Assembly: GCA_048270185.1 (NCBI GenBank)
Contig: JBLWTJ010000001.1
Coordinates: 672,001-736,000, forward strand
Direction of reading: 5' to 3'
Length of the DNA: 64,000 bases
Origin: Bacteriovoracaceae bacterium
Lineage (GTDB): Bacteria; Bdellovibrionota; Bacteriovoracia; Bacteriovoracales; Bacteriovoracaceae
The notes under the pieces were generated by a model, which did no database searches, was not told where the DNA came from, and saw only the letters and a list, made by a program, of their open reading frames with translations. The position numbers and the translations under genes were made by a program. Of the stretch, positions 10,102 through 20,776 are shown piece by piece. Positions within the stretch are counted from its first letter, which is position 1. Each line of letters opens with the position of its first letter.

Positions 10102-11445
10102 TTATAAATTAAAACTAATATCGCTTGGAAAGATTATATCTTTTTTATCAGACTTGTCACAGCTTTGTTTCTTTCCATTAAATAAAACCCAATTATAAAT
10201 TTTTTGATTAAATGTATCGGCACCACTATCGTATTCGATATAACGATAGTATGGAGTGCCCGCTTGTGAAATTGAAGCTAGTAAAGATACTGCAGAAGGA
10301 AATGCATCGGCTAGATTTTCATCACGACAACCACCAATGATTTTCCCTTGGTTAACAATGAACTCACCTTTATTATTTTTAATATTTCTAACCCAAGTTT
10401 TTAAACGACAATCATAGTAGAAGCCAATTTCTGCCGCATGCTTAAAAGCCGTTAAATATTCGATCTTCCAATGTTTATCTTTTTCTTTCTTAATATCGTA
10501 ATGACGCACGAATTTACGACAAATATCAAATTTGTTCCAATCATTCTGATAGAATTTTTTTAGACGATCTGATAAATCCTTTTTTTTATCAAATAGTTTT
10601 AAAGCGTCAGAGTAAACAACACGGCAAGATTTTTTAAGTGTTGCTAACTCACTATTTGAAAAAAGATGTCCTGAGTTAATAACATACTTCAAGGCCCTAC
10701 TTGGTAGAATTGGTGACTCTAAACGATAAGCGCCTTTAGATGTACGACCGATTTCATTTCGCCCCATTGAATTTTCGATAAATGCTTTAAAATAGCCCCA
10801 ATCAATATACTTCTTCAAAGTAGTCAGCCCCTGAGCATTATGTAGACTTTCATCAAGCATACTTTTTGCAATCAGAATAACTTCCGATTTCCAATGATTA
10901 TTTAAGTCACAAAGACCAGTGAGACAACTTTTAACTATATAAGCGCCAAGGATTTGGACTTGGACACTTTCCTCTTTCGGAAAACTTCCATCAACTAAGT
11001 ATTTAAGGTCACCAAAAACGGCCACTCGCTGAGGTTTTCCGTTTCGATTAAGTAAACGTGGAACAAAGGCCCAAGAAAAATTTGGACGCTCAATTGAAGA
11101 CGTATAATTCTTCCAAATATCTTCTTCTTTACAGAAAGTGCGCTCTTTATAAAACCTCCCACTAACCAGATCAATGTCATAATGATTTTGACTATCACGG
11201 GGCGTCGAAATAACAACATCAACCAAGTGGGACTTCACATCAATTTGTGGAGCGAAGTCAAAGAAGAGATGACCAACTGTACTTCCTTCATAATCGCGAT
11301 AAATAAAACCTTCAGGTGAATTAAACCAATTGGCCGTTAAACGATTTGTAGGTAGAACAATTTTTTTTGTTGCACAGCCAATAACAAATAATGCAAGTAA
11401 AAGAAAAATGAATTTAGTAGTTTTTTTGAATTGACAAATATACAC
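10102..11445 (-). CDS. hypothetical Cys-containing lipoprotein
   Basis: Lipobox LFVIG/C after KKTTK. The track start at 11565 runs antisense through the tRNA, so the in-frame GTG at 11445 is the more plausible start. Confidence 0.7.
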   Translation of the reverse strand: MYICQFKKTTKFIFLLLALFVIGCATKKIVLPTNRLTANWFNSPEGFIYRDYEGSTVGHLFFDFAPQIDVKSHLVDVVISTPRDSQNHYDIDLVSGRFYKERTFCKEEDIWKNYTSSIERPNFSWAFVPRLLNRNGKPQRVAVFGDLKYLVDGSFPKEESVQVQILGAYIVKSCLTGLCDLNNHWKSEVILIAKSMLDESLHNAQGLTTLKKYIDWGYFKAFIENSMGRNEIGRTSKGAYRLESPILPSRALKYVINSGHLFSNSELATLKKSCRVVYSDALKLFDKKKDLSDRLKKFYQNDWNKFDICRKFVRHYDIKKEKDKHWKIEYLTAFKHAAEIGFYYDCRLKTWVRNIKNNKGEFIVNQGKIIGGCRDENLADAFPSAVSLLASISQAGTPYYRYIEYDSGADTFNQKIYNWVLFNGKKQSCDKSDKKDIIFPSDISFNL

Positions 11446-11460
11446 GTTATAGTCCAAAAT
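11431..11460 (+). promoter_or_regulatory. sigma70-type promoter candidate for tRNA-Leu
   Basis: TTGACA-N18-CAAAAT ending 17 nt before the tRNA. Confidence 0.45.
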
Positions 11461-11477
11461 CGTTAAGCATTCTAAGC

Positions 11478-11564
11478 GGTTCGGTGTTGGAATTGGTAGA
11501 CAATCTGGATTTAAAATCCAGTGGGGGCAACCCCGTGCGGGTTCAAGTCCCGCCCGAACCACCA
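11478..11564 (+). tRNA. tRNA-Leu (anticodon TAA)
   Basis: Acceptor GGTTCGG/CCGAACC + A + CCA; D loop AATTGGTAGAC; anticodon stem CTGGA/TCCAG with loop TTTAAAA; long variable arm GGGG-CAA-CCCC; T arm GCGGG-TTCAAGT-CCCGC. Confidence 0.97.
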
Positions 11565-11668
11565 TTCCTTTTTATTAATTATCAACTCTACATTTAACTT
11601 TATCAAGCTCATAATTAAATCGAAGAATTTATCATTGATTATTTTGAAAAAATGCACTGCATCTATTT

Positions 11669-13258
11669 TTAGGCAGCTTTCTTTTGACCTTGGTCCTGAT
11701 TGAGAATTTCGATCATTCTCTCACCTAGAACTTCCATAATTGTATCTGAGAGGGACTCAAATCTGATCCCAAAACCACGTGGCCTTTGGTGTGAAGTTCG
11801 CATAATAGTGAAATCAACAGCGATAGCACGCTCAAAATTCCCTTCGGAGATATAAAGAGTTCCTCTTGTATTCTTTTTAAATTCATCTTCAAATCTTGTG
11901 ACCTCGAGAAAGCCACCACTAAGAGAAAGATTTGTTATATATCCCTTAAATTCTTTATCAACGTCCATTAACGAAAATGACACAACTTCTTGCATCTCAA
12001 CGCGATACTCCGTGCGTTCAATAAGATACTTATTATTTTCAGGGTTTTCTTTATCTTCAAAAATAAGCGTTGCTTCAGTATTAAGCTCTAGCCTTTCACT
12101 TGCTGTCATCCAAGGAGTACCTGCTTTTTTCTTAACAAGAGTATCAGGCTTAATATTTCCCTTTTCCATATCAACAAGCATTTCATCAAAACGAAGAGGT
12201 CCAACAACACCTGCGCCTGTATCATACGACCATGATTTTTTATTTGAAATTTCAAAGCTCTTACCTTTTTTAAGGCCTTCGAGATTTAAACTTTCAAGTT
12301 CTTCATCATCTGCGTGCGCACGACTACCAATCTCAAGACTACCACTGGAAATATCAAACTCACCAGTTGCCTCTTCTGTGTACTCTTCAATTCCACTAGT
12401 ATCTTTTGCAAGTTCATCCTGCGAGATCATATTAAACTTTGGAGATTCAGACGCTACAACTTCATCAAGTTGATATTCCTGTGTGCGATCCTCATCATCA
12501 TTTACTAAAATATCAGGATTTGTAGAATCGGTGATTTTCTTTTCTGTATAACTTTTAAAATGCTCTAGCTCTTGTTCTGCAACTTCTAGTTTTGCATTTA
12601 AGGCCTTAGCTTTAGCAATAACCTTGGCAAGATTCTTCTTCGCCATTTTATTTTCAACAGATAAGGTTTTATATTTAATTTTAAGTGCATTAAATTTCTT
12701 TGAATACTCTTGAGAATTAGTCCCACTATCTTCGATTTCTCTAGTTGTCGAAAGTATTTTTGTAACTTTACGATTTACATCACTAATGAGTGTCATCTCA
12801 TCAAGAACACCGTCGATCTTAGCAAGAATTAAATGACTCTTGTCTTTATCACTTGAACCAATAAATTGGGCCATCTCACCAATCTTCTCTTCTAATGTTT
12901 CAACTTTTGTTTCAAAGTCTTCTCTAACCTTTTGCATTTCAGTTTGAATGATTTTAGAAATTTCATTTAGAAGATTATTAGAAGAATTATGCTCAACTTC
13001 TTCGACCACATTGATTTGTTTTAACTCAAAACCTTTAGGTGCAACTTGTGGCATATCAAAATGATTAGGAGATACTTGCAGAGACTCGTTTATAACTTTA
13101 GGAAGTTGAATATCTTTTAAAAGTTTCCATGTAAGTGAAGATTCTTCAAAGCCATATTGATTAGAAAAGACGATGCCAGACAAAGCTTCGACATAGAGAT
13201 CATTTAGATCTACCACCCTAAAATCGGTCAATGTTTCTGCAATTATAAGCTTCTTCAA
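11669..13258 (-). CDS. coiled-coil + GYF_2 (DUF4339) + PilZ domain protein, putative c-di-GMP effector
   Basis: GYF_2-like WSY...VGPL....M..GNIKPDTLV.....W; PilZ RTEYR (RxxxR) and NLSLSG (D/NxSxxG), GFGIRF; TTG start with GAGGA RBS. Confidence 0.85.
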   Translation of the reverse strand: MKKLIIAETLTDFRVVDLNDLYVEALSGIVFSNQYGFEESSLTWKLLKDIQLPKVINESLQVSPNHFDMPQVAPKGFELKQINVVEEVEHNSSNNLLNEISKIIQTEMQKVREDFETKVETLEEKIGEMAQFIGSSDKDKSHLILAKIDGVLDEMTLISDVNRKVTKILSTTREIEDSGTNSQEYSKKFNALKIKYKTLSVENKMAKKNLAKVIAKAKALNAKLEVAEQELEHFKSYTEKKITDSTNPDILVNDDEDRTQEYQLDEVVASESPKFNMISQDELAKDTSGIEEYTEEATGEFDISSGSLEIGSRAHADDEELESLNLEGLKKGKSFEISNKKSWSYDTGAGVVGPLRFDEMLVDMEKGNIKPDTLVKKKAGTPWMTASERLELNTEATLIFEDKENPENNKYLIERTEYRVEMQEVVSFSLMDVDKEFKGYITNLSLSGGFLEVTRFEDEFKKNTRGTLYISEGNFERAIAVDFTIMRTSHQRPRGFGIRFESLSDTIMEVLGERMIEILNQDQGQKKAA

Positions 13259-13284
13259 ACTATCCTCGTTAATCTCTAAATAAA

Positions 13285-13312
13285 GTATCGGATAATAATT
13301 AATTAAAGTTTA
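13285..13312 (-). promoter_or_regulatory. sigma28 (FliA)-like promoter of the PilZ gene
   Basis: minus strand TAAAC-N15-TCCGATAC. Confidence 0.55.
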
Positions 13313-13501
13313 ATAAAAATAGGTATTTACTCGGTTTTTATTTAACAAACTAAATATTGAACGCCATAACTGATTAAAATCATAGAACCTCCCCTTAATA
13401 TTTATTGGGCAAAATCAGTTCGCAACAATATTATTAATTGACTAAAATATGGCCATAATCTTTGGCATGACGGCCCTTAGAAAATATGACAAATTACTTT
13501 G

Positions 13502-14431
13502 ATGTATAACTTAAGTGAGAATGAACTTATCAAGACAACAGGGTTTGAAATCGATATTGTTTCAGAAATTGAAAATTCTCTAAAACAAATTGACTGTAAA
13601 TCAACACCAGAGTTCTATCTCGATGGCCAAAAAGAAGAGGCCATCAACACTTCTCTTCAAGATTTTTACCAAATATTAAAGTCATTTAGTAATAGTCACA
13701 AAGGCCCTATTACAATTTGTGATATTGGAGCCTCCTATGGAAAGATGGCATTCGTTGCACAAGCTTATTTTCCAAATATAAAAGTCATTAGTATTGAGCC
13801 AGTAAAAAAGAGAATCGATTACGCTATCAATAAATTAAAAAACTCTAAACACGTATTTATTAATGATAGATTTAGGCAAAAATACGTTAGTGAATTTGCT
13901 ATTGATTACTACTTTCTCTACTTTCCTGTTGGAGTTATTTTAGATGAAATAATTGAGGCCATAGAATCCCCAATTATCGCAATAGAAAGCCATGGAGAGC
14001 TTTTAAATCGCTTGGGACATAGCTTCAAGCAAAAGAGACAACTAACAAAACTAATCTCACCTCGTCACAACCCAAACAGCTTTATTTTTTCAGATAAATG
14101 TGAAAGCGTACTCTATCAAGAATTTAAAGAGTTTCTATCAAAAGAGAGTGATTTAATCCTAATTACAAATGAAAAGCCTTGGTATGCAGACAAGGCTGAT
14201 CTTAAATATTTCTTCGATGAAGAAGATCAGATTACACTTGAGCTTATGACGCCTCCACGTACAATCCACTTTAGTAACAATTTAGAAACGATAAAAAGCA
14301 GCGAGCTTGATACTAACGTTCAAGAAATCATTTCCATGCGACGTGAAGGTAAACAAATTGATGGATGCTTTATTCGTAAGATTTTTGTAGATGGAAGTTA
14401 TGAGCTTTCAAGTGGGGTGATTAAGAAGTAA
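13502..14431 (+). CDS. class I SAM-dependent methyltransferase-like protein
   Basis: ICDIGASYG (motif I) and VISIEP (motif II). Confidence 0.65.
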   Translation: MYNLSENELIKTTGFEIDIVSEIENSLKQIDCKSTPEFYLDGQKEEAINTSLQDFYQILKSFSNSHKGPITICDIGASYGKMAFVAQAYFPNIKVISIEPVKKRIDYAINKLKNSKHVFINDRFRQKYVSEFAIDYYFLYFPVGVILDEIIEAIESPIIAIESHGELLNRLGHSFKQKRQLTKLISPRHNPNSFIFSDKCESVLYQEFKEFLSKESDLILITNEKPWYADKADLKYFFDEEDQITLELMTPPRTIHFSNNLETIKSSELDTNVQEIISMRREGKQIDGCFIRKIFVDGSYELSSGVIKK

Positions 14432-14665
14432 CTCTTTCCCATTGCTCCTGCGGAAACAAAATCGACATAAACGTCGATTTGTTTAAATAGTATTCGAGCT
14501 AAAGACTGGGGAGCTAACACCGCATCATATCTTGCTTCCGCAAGATGCTGCGGATGTTTTCGTAAGATTTTTGTAGATGGAAGTTATGAGCTTTCAAGTG
14601 GGGTGATTAAGAAGTTATGAGCTTTCAAATGGGGTGATTAAGAAGTAACTCTTTCCCATTGCTCC
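14373..14665 (+). repeat. 76-bp direct duplication of the methyltransferase 3' end and first downstream bases; second copy carries an extra 31-bp tandem unit
   Basis: 14373-14448 is identical to 14559-14611 + 14643-14665; 14612-14642 repeats 14581-14611 with one G>A change. Confidence 0.95.
14432..14558. repeat. double-hairpin structured element, copy 1
   Basis: Hairpins at 14454-14484 and 14516-14558; homologous to 14649-14777. Confidence 0.85.
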
Positions 14666-14777
14666 AGAGGCAACAAAGCCGACATAAACGTCGGCTTGTT
14701 GAATATATTTTTTTAGCTAAAGTGCTGGGGAGCCTATAGTGCGTCAAATCTTAGCTTCGCTAAGATGCCGCACTATA
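14649..14777. repeat. double-hairpin structured element, copy 2
   Basis: Hairpins at 14671-14701 and 14735-14777 with compensatory changes relative to copy 1. Confidence 0.85.
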
Positions 14778-16176
14778 TATTTAGAGGTTTCTTATCAAAG
14801 GCATCAAGAGCAGCTTCTTTAAGCGCTTCAGAATAAGTTGGGTGCGCATGACAAATGCGTCCAATATCTTCAGCTGCAGCTCTAAATTCCATTGCCACAC
14901 AAGCTTCTGCAATTAAGTCAGCAGCACGAGGGCCTACGATGTGAACTCCAAGAACTTCGTCAGTTTCTTTACAAGCAAGTACTTTTACAAAACCAGCAGA
15001 TTCATTTGATGCACGAGCACGTCCACTTGCTTTAAATGGAAATTTTCCTGCTTTATATGGAGTCTTATTAGCTTTAAGCTCTTGTTCTGTTACACCAACT
15101 GAGGCAACTTCCGGCCATGTATAAACAACACCTGGAATTAAGTTGTAGTTAATATGTGGCTTCTGCCCAGCAATAATCTCAGCACAAACAACACCTTCTT
15201 CCTCAGCTTTGTGAGCAAGCATAGCACCAGTTGTTACATCACCAATTGCATAGATATGAGAAACATTTGTACGAAGGTGATCGTCAGTAATAACACGACC
15301 TCTCTCATCTAGGTTTACACCTGCGTTCTCAAGACCAAGGCCATCAGTGAATGGACGACGTCCTACGGCCATTAGGCAGTAGTCACCATCTAGTTTGATT
15401 TCTTCTTCATTCTTTTTGTTCTTGGCCTTAACATGTACCTTGTCGCCTTTTCTAACAACTTCAGTTACACCGTGACCAGTATAGAATTCCATTCCTTGTT
15501 TCTTTAGAACTTTCGTCATCTCTTTTGCACAATCTTTATCCATTGTTGCGAGGATCGAGTCTGCGTATTCAACAACAGAAACTTTTGAACCAAGTCTTAA
15601 AAATACTGAACCAAGCTCAAGTCCGATAACACCACCACCAATAACGATGAAATGCTTTGGAAGAGTATCAAGTTTTAGAGCTTCAGTAGATGTAATGATT
15701 CTTTCTTTATCAATTTCAATTCCAGGAATTGAAGCCGGCTTAGAACCAGTTGCAATGATGAAATTCTTAGCTTTAAGAGTTTCTTCTTTTTCACCAGATA
15801 CTTTAAGCGTATTAGCATCAACGAATGAACCAATACCATGGAAAGTTTCAACTTTATTCTTACCCATTAAGTAAGTGATCCCACCTGAAGTATCTTTTAC
15901 AACTTCAGCAACACGCGCTGCCATCTTTCCGATGTCGGCCTTAACTTTTCCAGTTGAGATACCGTGCGCTTCAAACTCATGAGTCGCTTCGTGAAATTTC
16001 TCACTTGAGTCAAGCCATGCTTTTGATGGGATACATCCAACGTTAAGGCATGTCCCACCAAGTGTATTATACTTTTCTACGATTGCTGTCTTCATTCCTA
16101 GTTGAGCACAACGAACAGCACTGATATATCCACCAGGACCTGAACCAATTATAACAACATCAAATTCTTTACTCAT
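14773..16176 (-). CDS. lpdA: dihydrolipoamide dehydrogenase (E3)
   Basis: GSGPGGY, GGTCLNVGCIPSK, MLAHKAEEEG, HAHPTYSE. Confidence 0.98.
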   Translation of the reverse strand: MSKEFDVVIIGSGPGGYISAVRCAQLGMKTAIVEKYNTLGGTCLNVGCIPSKAWLDSSEKFHEATHEFEAHGISTGKVKADIGKMAARVAEVVKDTSGGITYLMGKNKVETFHGIGSFVDANTLKVSGEKEETLKAKNFIIATGSKPASIPGIEIDKERIITSTEALKLDTLPKHFIVIGGGVIGLELGSVFLRLGSKVSVVEYADSILATMDKDCAKEMTKVLKKQGMEFYTGHGVTEVVRKGDKVHVKAKNKKNEEEIKLDGDYCLMAVGRRPFTDGLGLENAGVNLDERGRVITDDHLRTNVSHIYAIGDVTTGAMLAHKAEEEGVVCAEIIAGQKPHINYNLIPGVVYTWPEVASVGVTEQELKANKTPYKAGKFPFKASGRARASNESAGFVKVLACKETDEVLGVHIVGPRAADLIAEACVAMEFRAAAEDIGRICHAHPTYSEALKEAALDAFDKKPLNI

Positions 16177-16209
16177 ACTTATTCCTTCAAAAAATTAAAT
16201 TAGATAGTC

Positions 16210-17436
16210 TTAAATATCTAGTAGCATTCTGGCCGGATCTTCTAGCATTTCCTTAACCATTTTAAGGAATGTTACTGATTCCTTACCATCGATGATTCTG
16301 TGGTCATATGAAAGAGCTAAGTACATCACAGGGTGAATAACAACTTGTCCGTTTACAGCAACAGGTCTTTCAACAATATTGTGCATTCCTAGAATCGCTG
16401 ATTGTGGAACGTTAATAATTGGAGTTGAAAGCATTGAGCCGAAAACACCACCATTTGTAATCGTGAAAGTTCCACCAGTCATTTCATCAACTGTAAGCTT
16501 TCCATCACGTCCCTTAAGAGCAAGTCTTCTTACTTCTTTTTCAATTTGTGCAAGACTTAGACTTTCAGCGTTTCTAATAACTGGAACAACTAGACCTTTT
16601 GGAGTTGATACCGCAATACCAACATCTGCATAGTCGTGATAAATGATATTTTCACCATCAATTTGTGCGTTAACACCTTTGATCTCCATAAGAGCTTTTG
16701 TACAAGCTTTTGTGAAGAAAGACATGAAACCAAGACCGATATCGTGCTTATCTTTGAATGCATCTTTATATTTCTTACGAAGCTCCATTAGGTTGAACAT
16801 ATCAACTTCATTGAAAGTCGTAAGCATAGCAGTTGTATTCTTTGCCTCCACAAGACGTTTTGCAATTGTCTTACGGATACGCTTCATTTTCACTTCTTCT
16901 TTAGCGCGACTTGCTCCACCCATTGGTGCCTGAACAGCAATTTCTTGTGCTGGAGCAGACTTTGCAGCAGGAGCTGCGGCAGGTGCTTGAGCAACCTTAG
17001 CGTTAACAGCATCGTTCTTTGTAATGCGTCCATCTTTTCCTGTTCCAGCAACAGATGAAGCATCAACACCTTTTTCTGCAAGAATTTTTGCAGCGGCCGG
17101 AGATGGATAATTCTTATCTCCACCAGTAGGAGTTGGTGCGCTCGCTGGAGTTGAAGCTGATTCTGTTGCAGGAGCACTAGTCCCTGCTGGAGCTGAAGCC
17201 GAAGTATCAAGTTCAGCAACAACAGCACCGATCTCTAACTCAGCACCTTCTTCAGCGATAATTCTAATGATACCGCTTTCTTCCGCTGGAAGTGGAAGAG
17301 TTGCCTTGTCAGATTCAACCTCAACAAGTTCATCACCTTCACTTACATAGTCACCATCACTTACTAGCCACTCACCTAGAGCAACTTCAGTAATTGATTC
17401 ACCAATTGGTGGAATAGTAATTTTTACGATTGCCAT
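16210..17436 (-). CDS. sucB: 2-oxoglutarate dehydrogenase E2, dihydrolipoamide succinyltransferase
   Basis: Lipoyl motif VESDKA, E3-binding [32 protein letters not shown]. Confidence 0.98.
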   Translation of the reverse strand: MAIVKITIPPIGESITEVALGEWLVSDGDYVSEGDELVEVESDKATLPLPAEESGIIRIIAEEGAELEIGAVVAELDTSASAPAGTSAPATESASTPASAPTPTGGDKNYPSPAAAKILAEKGVDASSVAGTGKDGRITKNDAVNAKVAQAPAAAPAAKSAPAQEIAVQAPMGGASRAKEEVKMKRIRKTIAKRLVEAKNTTAMLTTFNEVDMFNLMELRKKYKDAFKDKHDIGLGFMSFFTKACTKALMEIKGVNAQIDGENIIYHDYADVGIAVSTPKGLVVPVIRNAESLSLAQIEKEVRRLALKGRDGKLTVDEMTGGTFTITNGGVFGSMLSTPIINVPQSAILGMHNIVERPVAVNGQVVIHPVMYLALSYDHRIIDGKESVTFLKMVKEMLEDPARMLLDI

Positions 17437-17450
17437 TTTCTTTTCCTTAT

Positions 17451-20195
17451 TTATTTAAATGCATTCTCTACAATTGTTTCTTGTTCTTTAATATGGACTG
17501 ATGCATATCCAGTAGCAGGAGATGCCGAAGCCTTTCTCGAAATACAATCAATATCTCTAAAAGTGTCACGCCAACGATTTAAGTGCATCCAAGCTCCCAT
17601 ATTTGAAGGCTCTTCTTGTACCCAACGATGAGTCGCTTTTGGATACTTCTTAAGAATCTCTTCAATTTTTTCAACAGGAAGTGGATATAGTTGCTCAAGA
17701 CGAACAACCGCAACATCTTTGCGATCATTTTCTTGTTGATACTTAAATAGATCGTAGTAGATCTTACCAGTACAGAAGACAACTTTCTTAACATCTTTTG
17801 GATTTACCCAAGTATCGTCAAATACCTCTTCAAATTTACCATCAGTTAAGTCTGAAACTTTTGACTGACATAATGGATGCCTTAGAAGAGATTTTGGAGT
17901 GAAGACAACTAGTGGCTTTCTAAACTCCCACTTTAGCTGACGTCTAAGAGCATGGAACATATTGGCCGGAGTTGTAATATTACAAACAACCATATTCTCT
18001 TCAGCACATTGTTGTAGAAATCTTTCTGGACGACATGAAGAGTGTTCTGGGCCTGCCCCCTCATAACCATGAGGAAGAAGCATTACTAAGTTACTCATTC
18101 TTCTCCACTTACTCTCTGCTGCCGAAATAAATTGATCGATAACAATTTGGGCACCATTAGTGAAGTCACCAAATTGCGCTTCCCAAATATTTAGCGCATG
18201 TGGAGTTGCTTGTGAGTAACCATACTCAAACGCAAGAACCGCATATTCAGAAAGAAGTGAGTTATAAATATAGAAATCACCTTGACCAGTTGTTAGGTGC
18301 TCTAGTCCACAATATGCTTCATTTGTTTTCTCATCGAAAACTTTTGCGTGACGGTGAGAGAATGTCCCACGGATAACGTCTTCACCAGAGAAGCGAACAT
18401 CGTTACCTTCAGTAAGAATTGATCCATAAGCAAAAAGCTCTGCCATGGCCCAGTCGATTTGATCATTATCAAAATTTGCTCGACGTTGATCAAGTAGCTT
18501 CTTCGCCTTTCTTAAAGGCTTAAACCCTGCAGGTGTTTGTGTGATTGAGTTTACAATCGTTTCAAGAACATTCTTATCAACTCCTGTAGCAGGAGAATTT
18601 GCAAAGTCTTCTAAAGTCGAGAAACGAATGTTCTTCCACTGTTGGTGAGGTCCAGGAACCTTCTTAGGAATAACATTTTGTTTTACGTTGTTAAAACGAT
18701 CTGAAAGAAGATTCTTATACTCTTCTTGCATTTCTTTTGCCACGGCCTTATCTACAGACCCGTGTGCAGCTAGTTCTTCAATATACATTTCACGAGGATT
18801 CTTATGCTTTGAAATCATCCCGTAAAGTTCTGGTTGTGTATACTTTGGTTCATCACCTTCGTTGTGACCGTGCTTACGGTAACAAACCATATCGATGAAA
18901 ACATCTCTCTTAAATTTTTGTCTAAACTTAACAGCAAGCTCACATGCGTAAACCACGTCTTCAGGACAGTCACCATTAACATGAATAACTGGAATATTTA
19001 GCATTTTAGCAACTGATGTTGAGTAGTGAGATGAGCGTGCATCTGTGAAGTCAGTAGTGAAACCAATTTGATTATTAATAACAAAGTGAACTGAACCACC
19101 TGTACGATAACCATCAAGCTCAGACATTTGCAGCGTTTCGTAAACAATCCCTTGTCCTGCAACAGCAGCATCACCGTGAATAACGATTGGAATAATTTTA
19201 CTTTCATCGCCTTCGTAAGCGATATCAATTTGAGCACGAGCGTAACCAGTTGCCACTGGAGAAACTGTTTCTAAGTGTGATGGGTTTGGAAGAAGCTTTA
19301 AGTAAACTTCTTTCTCATCTTCAGTTTTAGCAACAGAAGTAAATCCCATGTGGTACTTAACATCTCCATCACCTTGACCTGCAAGTTGCTCTAGTGAGTT
19401 TCCTTCAAATTCAGAAAAGATATACTCATAAGTTTTTCCTAACGTATTTGCTAGAATATTTAGACGTCCTCTGTGGGCCATTCCAATAATAAATTCTTTA
19501 GCACCTAATCTTGCACCTTCGTTAATGACAGCATCAAGACCAGGAATTGTTGACTCTCCACCTTCAAGAGAAAATCTCTTTTGACCTGTGTACTTAGTTT
19601 GAAGAAAGTTTTCAAAAACATTTGCTTCATTAAGCTTGTGAAGAATTCTCTTCTTCTTATCGACTGTAAAATCTTTTTTTAGATATGTCCCTTCGAACTC
19701 ATTTCTAAACCAACGTCTCATATCTGTGTCAGTTGAGTGCATATATTCAACACCAATTTTTCCACAGTATAATTTCATCATGTGATCCATGATTGCTTGT
19801 AGAGTTGCACCAGGCATTCCGATAAACTCACCACATACAAAGCTTTCTTTTAGATCATCATTTGTTAAATCATAATCTTCAAGAGAGATATGGGCATGAC
19901 GATTCAATCTTGGACGAATTGGATTCGTATCAGAAAGAAGATGTCCTCTTGCACGAAAAGATTGAATTAGACGAAAGACATTAAATTCTTTGCGTAATTT
20001 TTCATCACTAACATCTCCACCAGCTGAAGATGATCCCTTACCTGCTCCAAATTCAAATCCTAGAAAAAAGTTTCGCCAACTTTCTTCTACTTCATTTGGG
20101 TTTGATTCATATTGCTCATAAAGTGAGTCAATGTAAGAGATGTCTGAACTTGAAAGGGTTGAAAAGTCGAATTGATCCATTTGATAAAAATCCAT
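17451..20195 (-). CDS. sucA: 2-oxoglutarate dehydrogenase E1
   Basis: [48 protein letters not shown]. Confidence 0.98.
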   Translation of the reverse strand: MDFYQMDQFDFSTLSSSDISYIDSLYEQYESNPNEVEESWRNFFLGFEFGAGKGSSSAGGDVSDEKLRKEFNVFRLIQSFRARGHLLSDTNPIRPRLNRHAHISLEDYDLTNDDLKESFVCGEFIGMPGATLQAIMDHMMKLYCGKIGVEYMHSTDTDMRRWFRNEFEGTYLKKDFTVDKKKRILHKLNEANVFENFLQTKYTGQKRFSLEGGESTIPGLDAVINEGARLGAKEFIIGMAHRGRLNILANTLGKTYEYIFSEFEGNSLEQLAGQGDGDVKYHMGFTSVAKTEDEKEVYLKLLPNPSHLETVSPVATGYARAQIDIAYEGDESKIIPIVIHGDAAVAGQGIVYETLQMSELDGYRTGGSVHFVINNQIGFTTDFTDARSSHYSTSVAKMLNIPVIHVNGDCPEDVVYACELAVKFRQKFKRDVFIDMVCYRKHGHNEGDEPKYTQPELYGMISKHKNPREMYIEELAAHGSVDKAVAKEMQEEYKNLLSDRFNNVKQNVIPKKVPGPHQQWKNIRFSTLEDFANSPATGVDKNVLETIVNSITQTPAGFKPLRKAKKLLDQRRANFDNDQIDWAMAELFAYGSILTEGNDVRFSGEDVIRGTFSHRHAKVFDEKTNEAYCGLEHLTTGQGDFYIYNSLLSEYAVLAFEYGYSQATPHALNIWEAQFGDFTNGAQIVIDQFISAAESKWRRMSNLVMLLPHGYEGAGPEHSSCRPERFLQQCAEENMVVCNITTPANMFHALRRQLKWEFRKPLVVFTPKSLLRHPLCQSKVSDLTDGKFEEVFDDTWVNPKDVKKVVFCTGKIYYDLFKYQQENDRKDVAVVRLEQLYPLPVEKIEEILKKYPKATHRWVQEEPSNMGAWMHLNRWRDTFRDIDCISRKASASPATGYASVHIKEQETIVENAFK

Positions 20196-20383
20196 TTTTT
20201 AGCGCTTTGCGGCTATTACAAAATTAATAATTTAGGCACGTTAATATACCTTATATCTTAACAGTTCGTGAAGTTTTCTTTTTTAAGAGGCAAGCTTTGA
20301 CTAGATAAAAATCAAAGTGATAAAGTCCGAAGATATTCACAAATTAAGTTAGTTTAACTCATCAACTAAACACAGGAGATTAT

Positions 20384-20776
20384 ATGAACTCAAAGCAGTA
20401 TATGGCCGATGCAATCAGAACAGAATCAAGAGATTTTGATGCAATGAACACTCGACTAAATGACGATGGTATTAAAAGACTCTTACACGCAGGAATTGGC
20501 CTATCAACTGAAGCTGGTGAGTTCCTCGATGCCCTAAAGAAGCATATATTCTACGGTAAAGAACTTGATCGAGTTAATCTTGCCGAAGAACTTGGTGACC
20601 TATTCTGGTATATGGCCATTGTAGGAGATGAACTTGGTATAGAATTCGAAGATGTGATGGCACGCAATATTACAAAGCTTAAGGCGCGCTATGGAGAGAA
20701 GTTCTCAGAAGAAAAAGCTGATAAGAGAGACCTTGAAACCGAAAGAAAAATTCTTGAGGAACAGGCCTTTAACTAA
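20384..20776 (+). CDS. MazG-like nucleoside triphosphate pyrophosphohydrolase
   Basis: GLSTEAGE..D.LKKH.F.G, EELGDLFWY, N..KL..RY. Confidence 0.88.
   Translation: MNSKQYMADAIRTESRDFDAMNTRLNDDGIKRLLHAGIGLSTEAGEFLDALKKHIFYGKELDRVNLAEELGDLFWYMAIVGDELGIEFEDVMARNITKLKARYGEKFSEEKADKRDLETERKILEEQAFN

Noticed and set aside
11446..11565. N-terminal extension of the lipoprotein ORF given in the track
   Set aside because: It is the antisense translation of tRNA-Leu and its promoter; the lipoprotein signal starts further downstream.
11478..11669. tRNA-anchored genomic island
   Set aside because: No integrase, and I saw no duplicated tRNA 3' end in the window.
14395..14646. CRISPR array (three copies of a 31-bp sequence)
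   Set aside because: Two units are adjacent with no spacer, the first lies inside a CDS, spacing is irregular and no cas genes are present.
14373..14665. Diversity-generating retroelement (VR/TR pair) at the methyltransferase 3' end
   Set aside because: The copies are identical except for one G/A difference in the extra 31-bp unit; there is no pattern of adenine-specific mismatches and no reverse transcriptase in the window.
14454..14701. Integron attC sites (AAC...GTT bulged hairpins)
   Set aside because: The hairpins are only 31 bp, lack the R/L box and spacer layout and RYYYAAC, and there is no cassette array or integrase.
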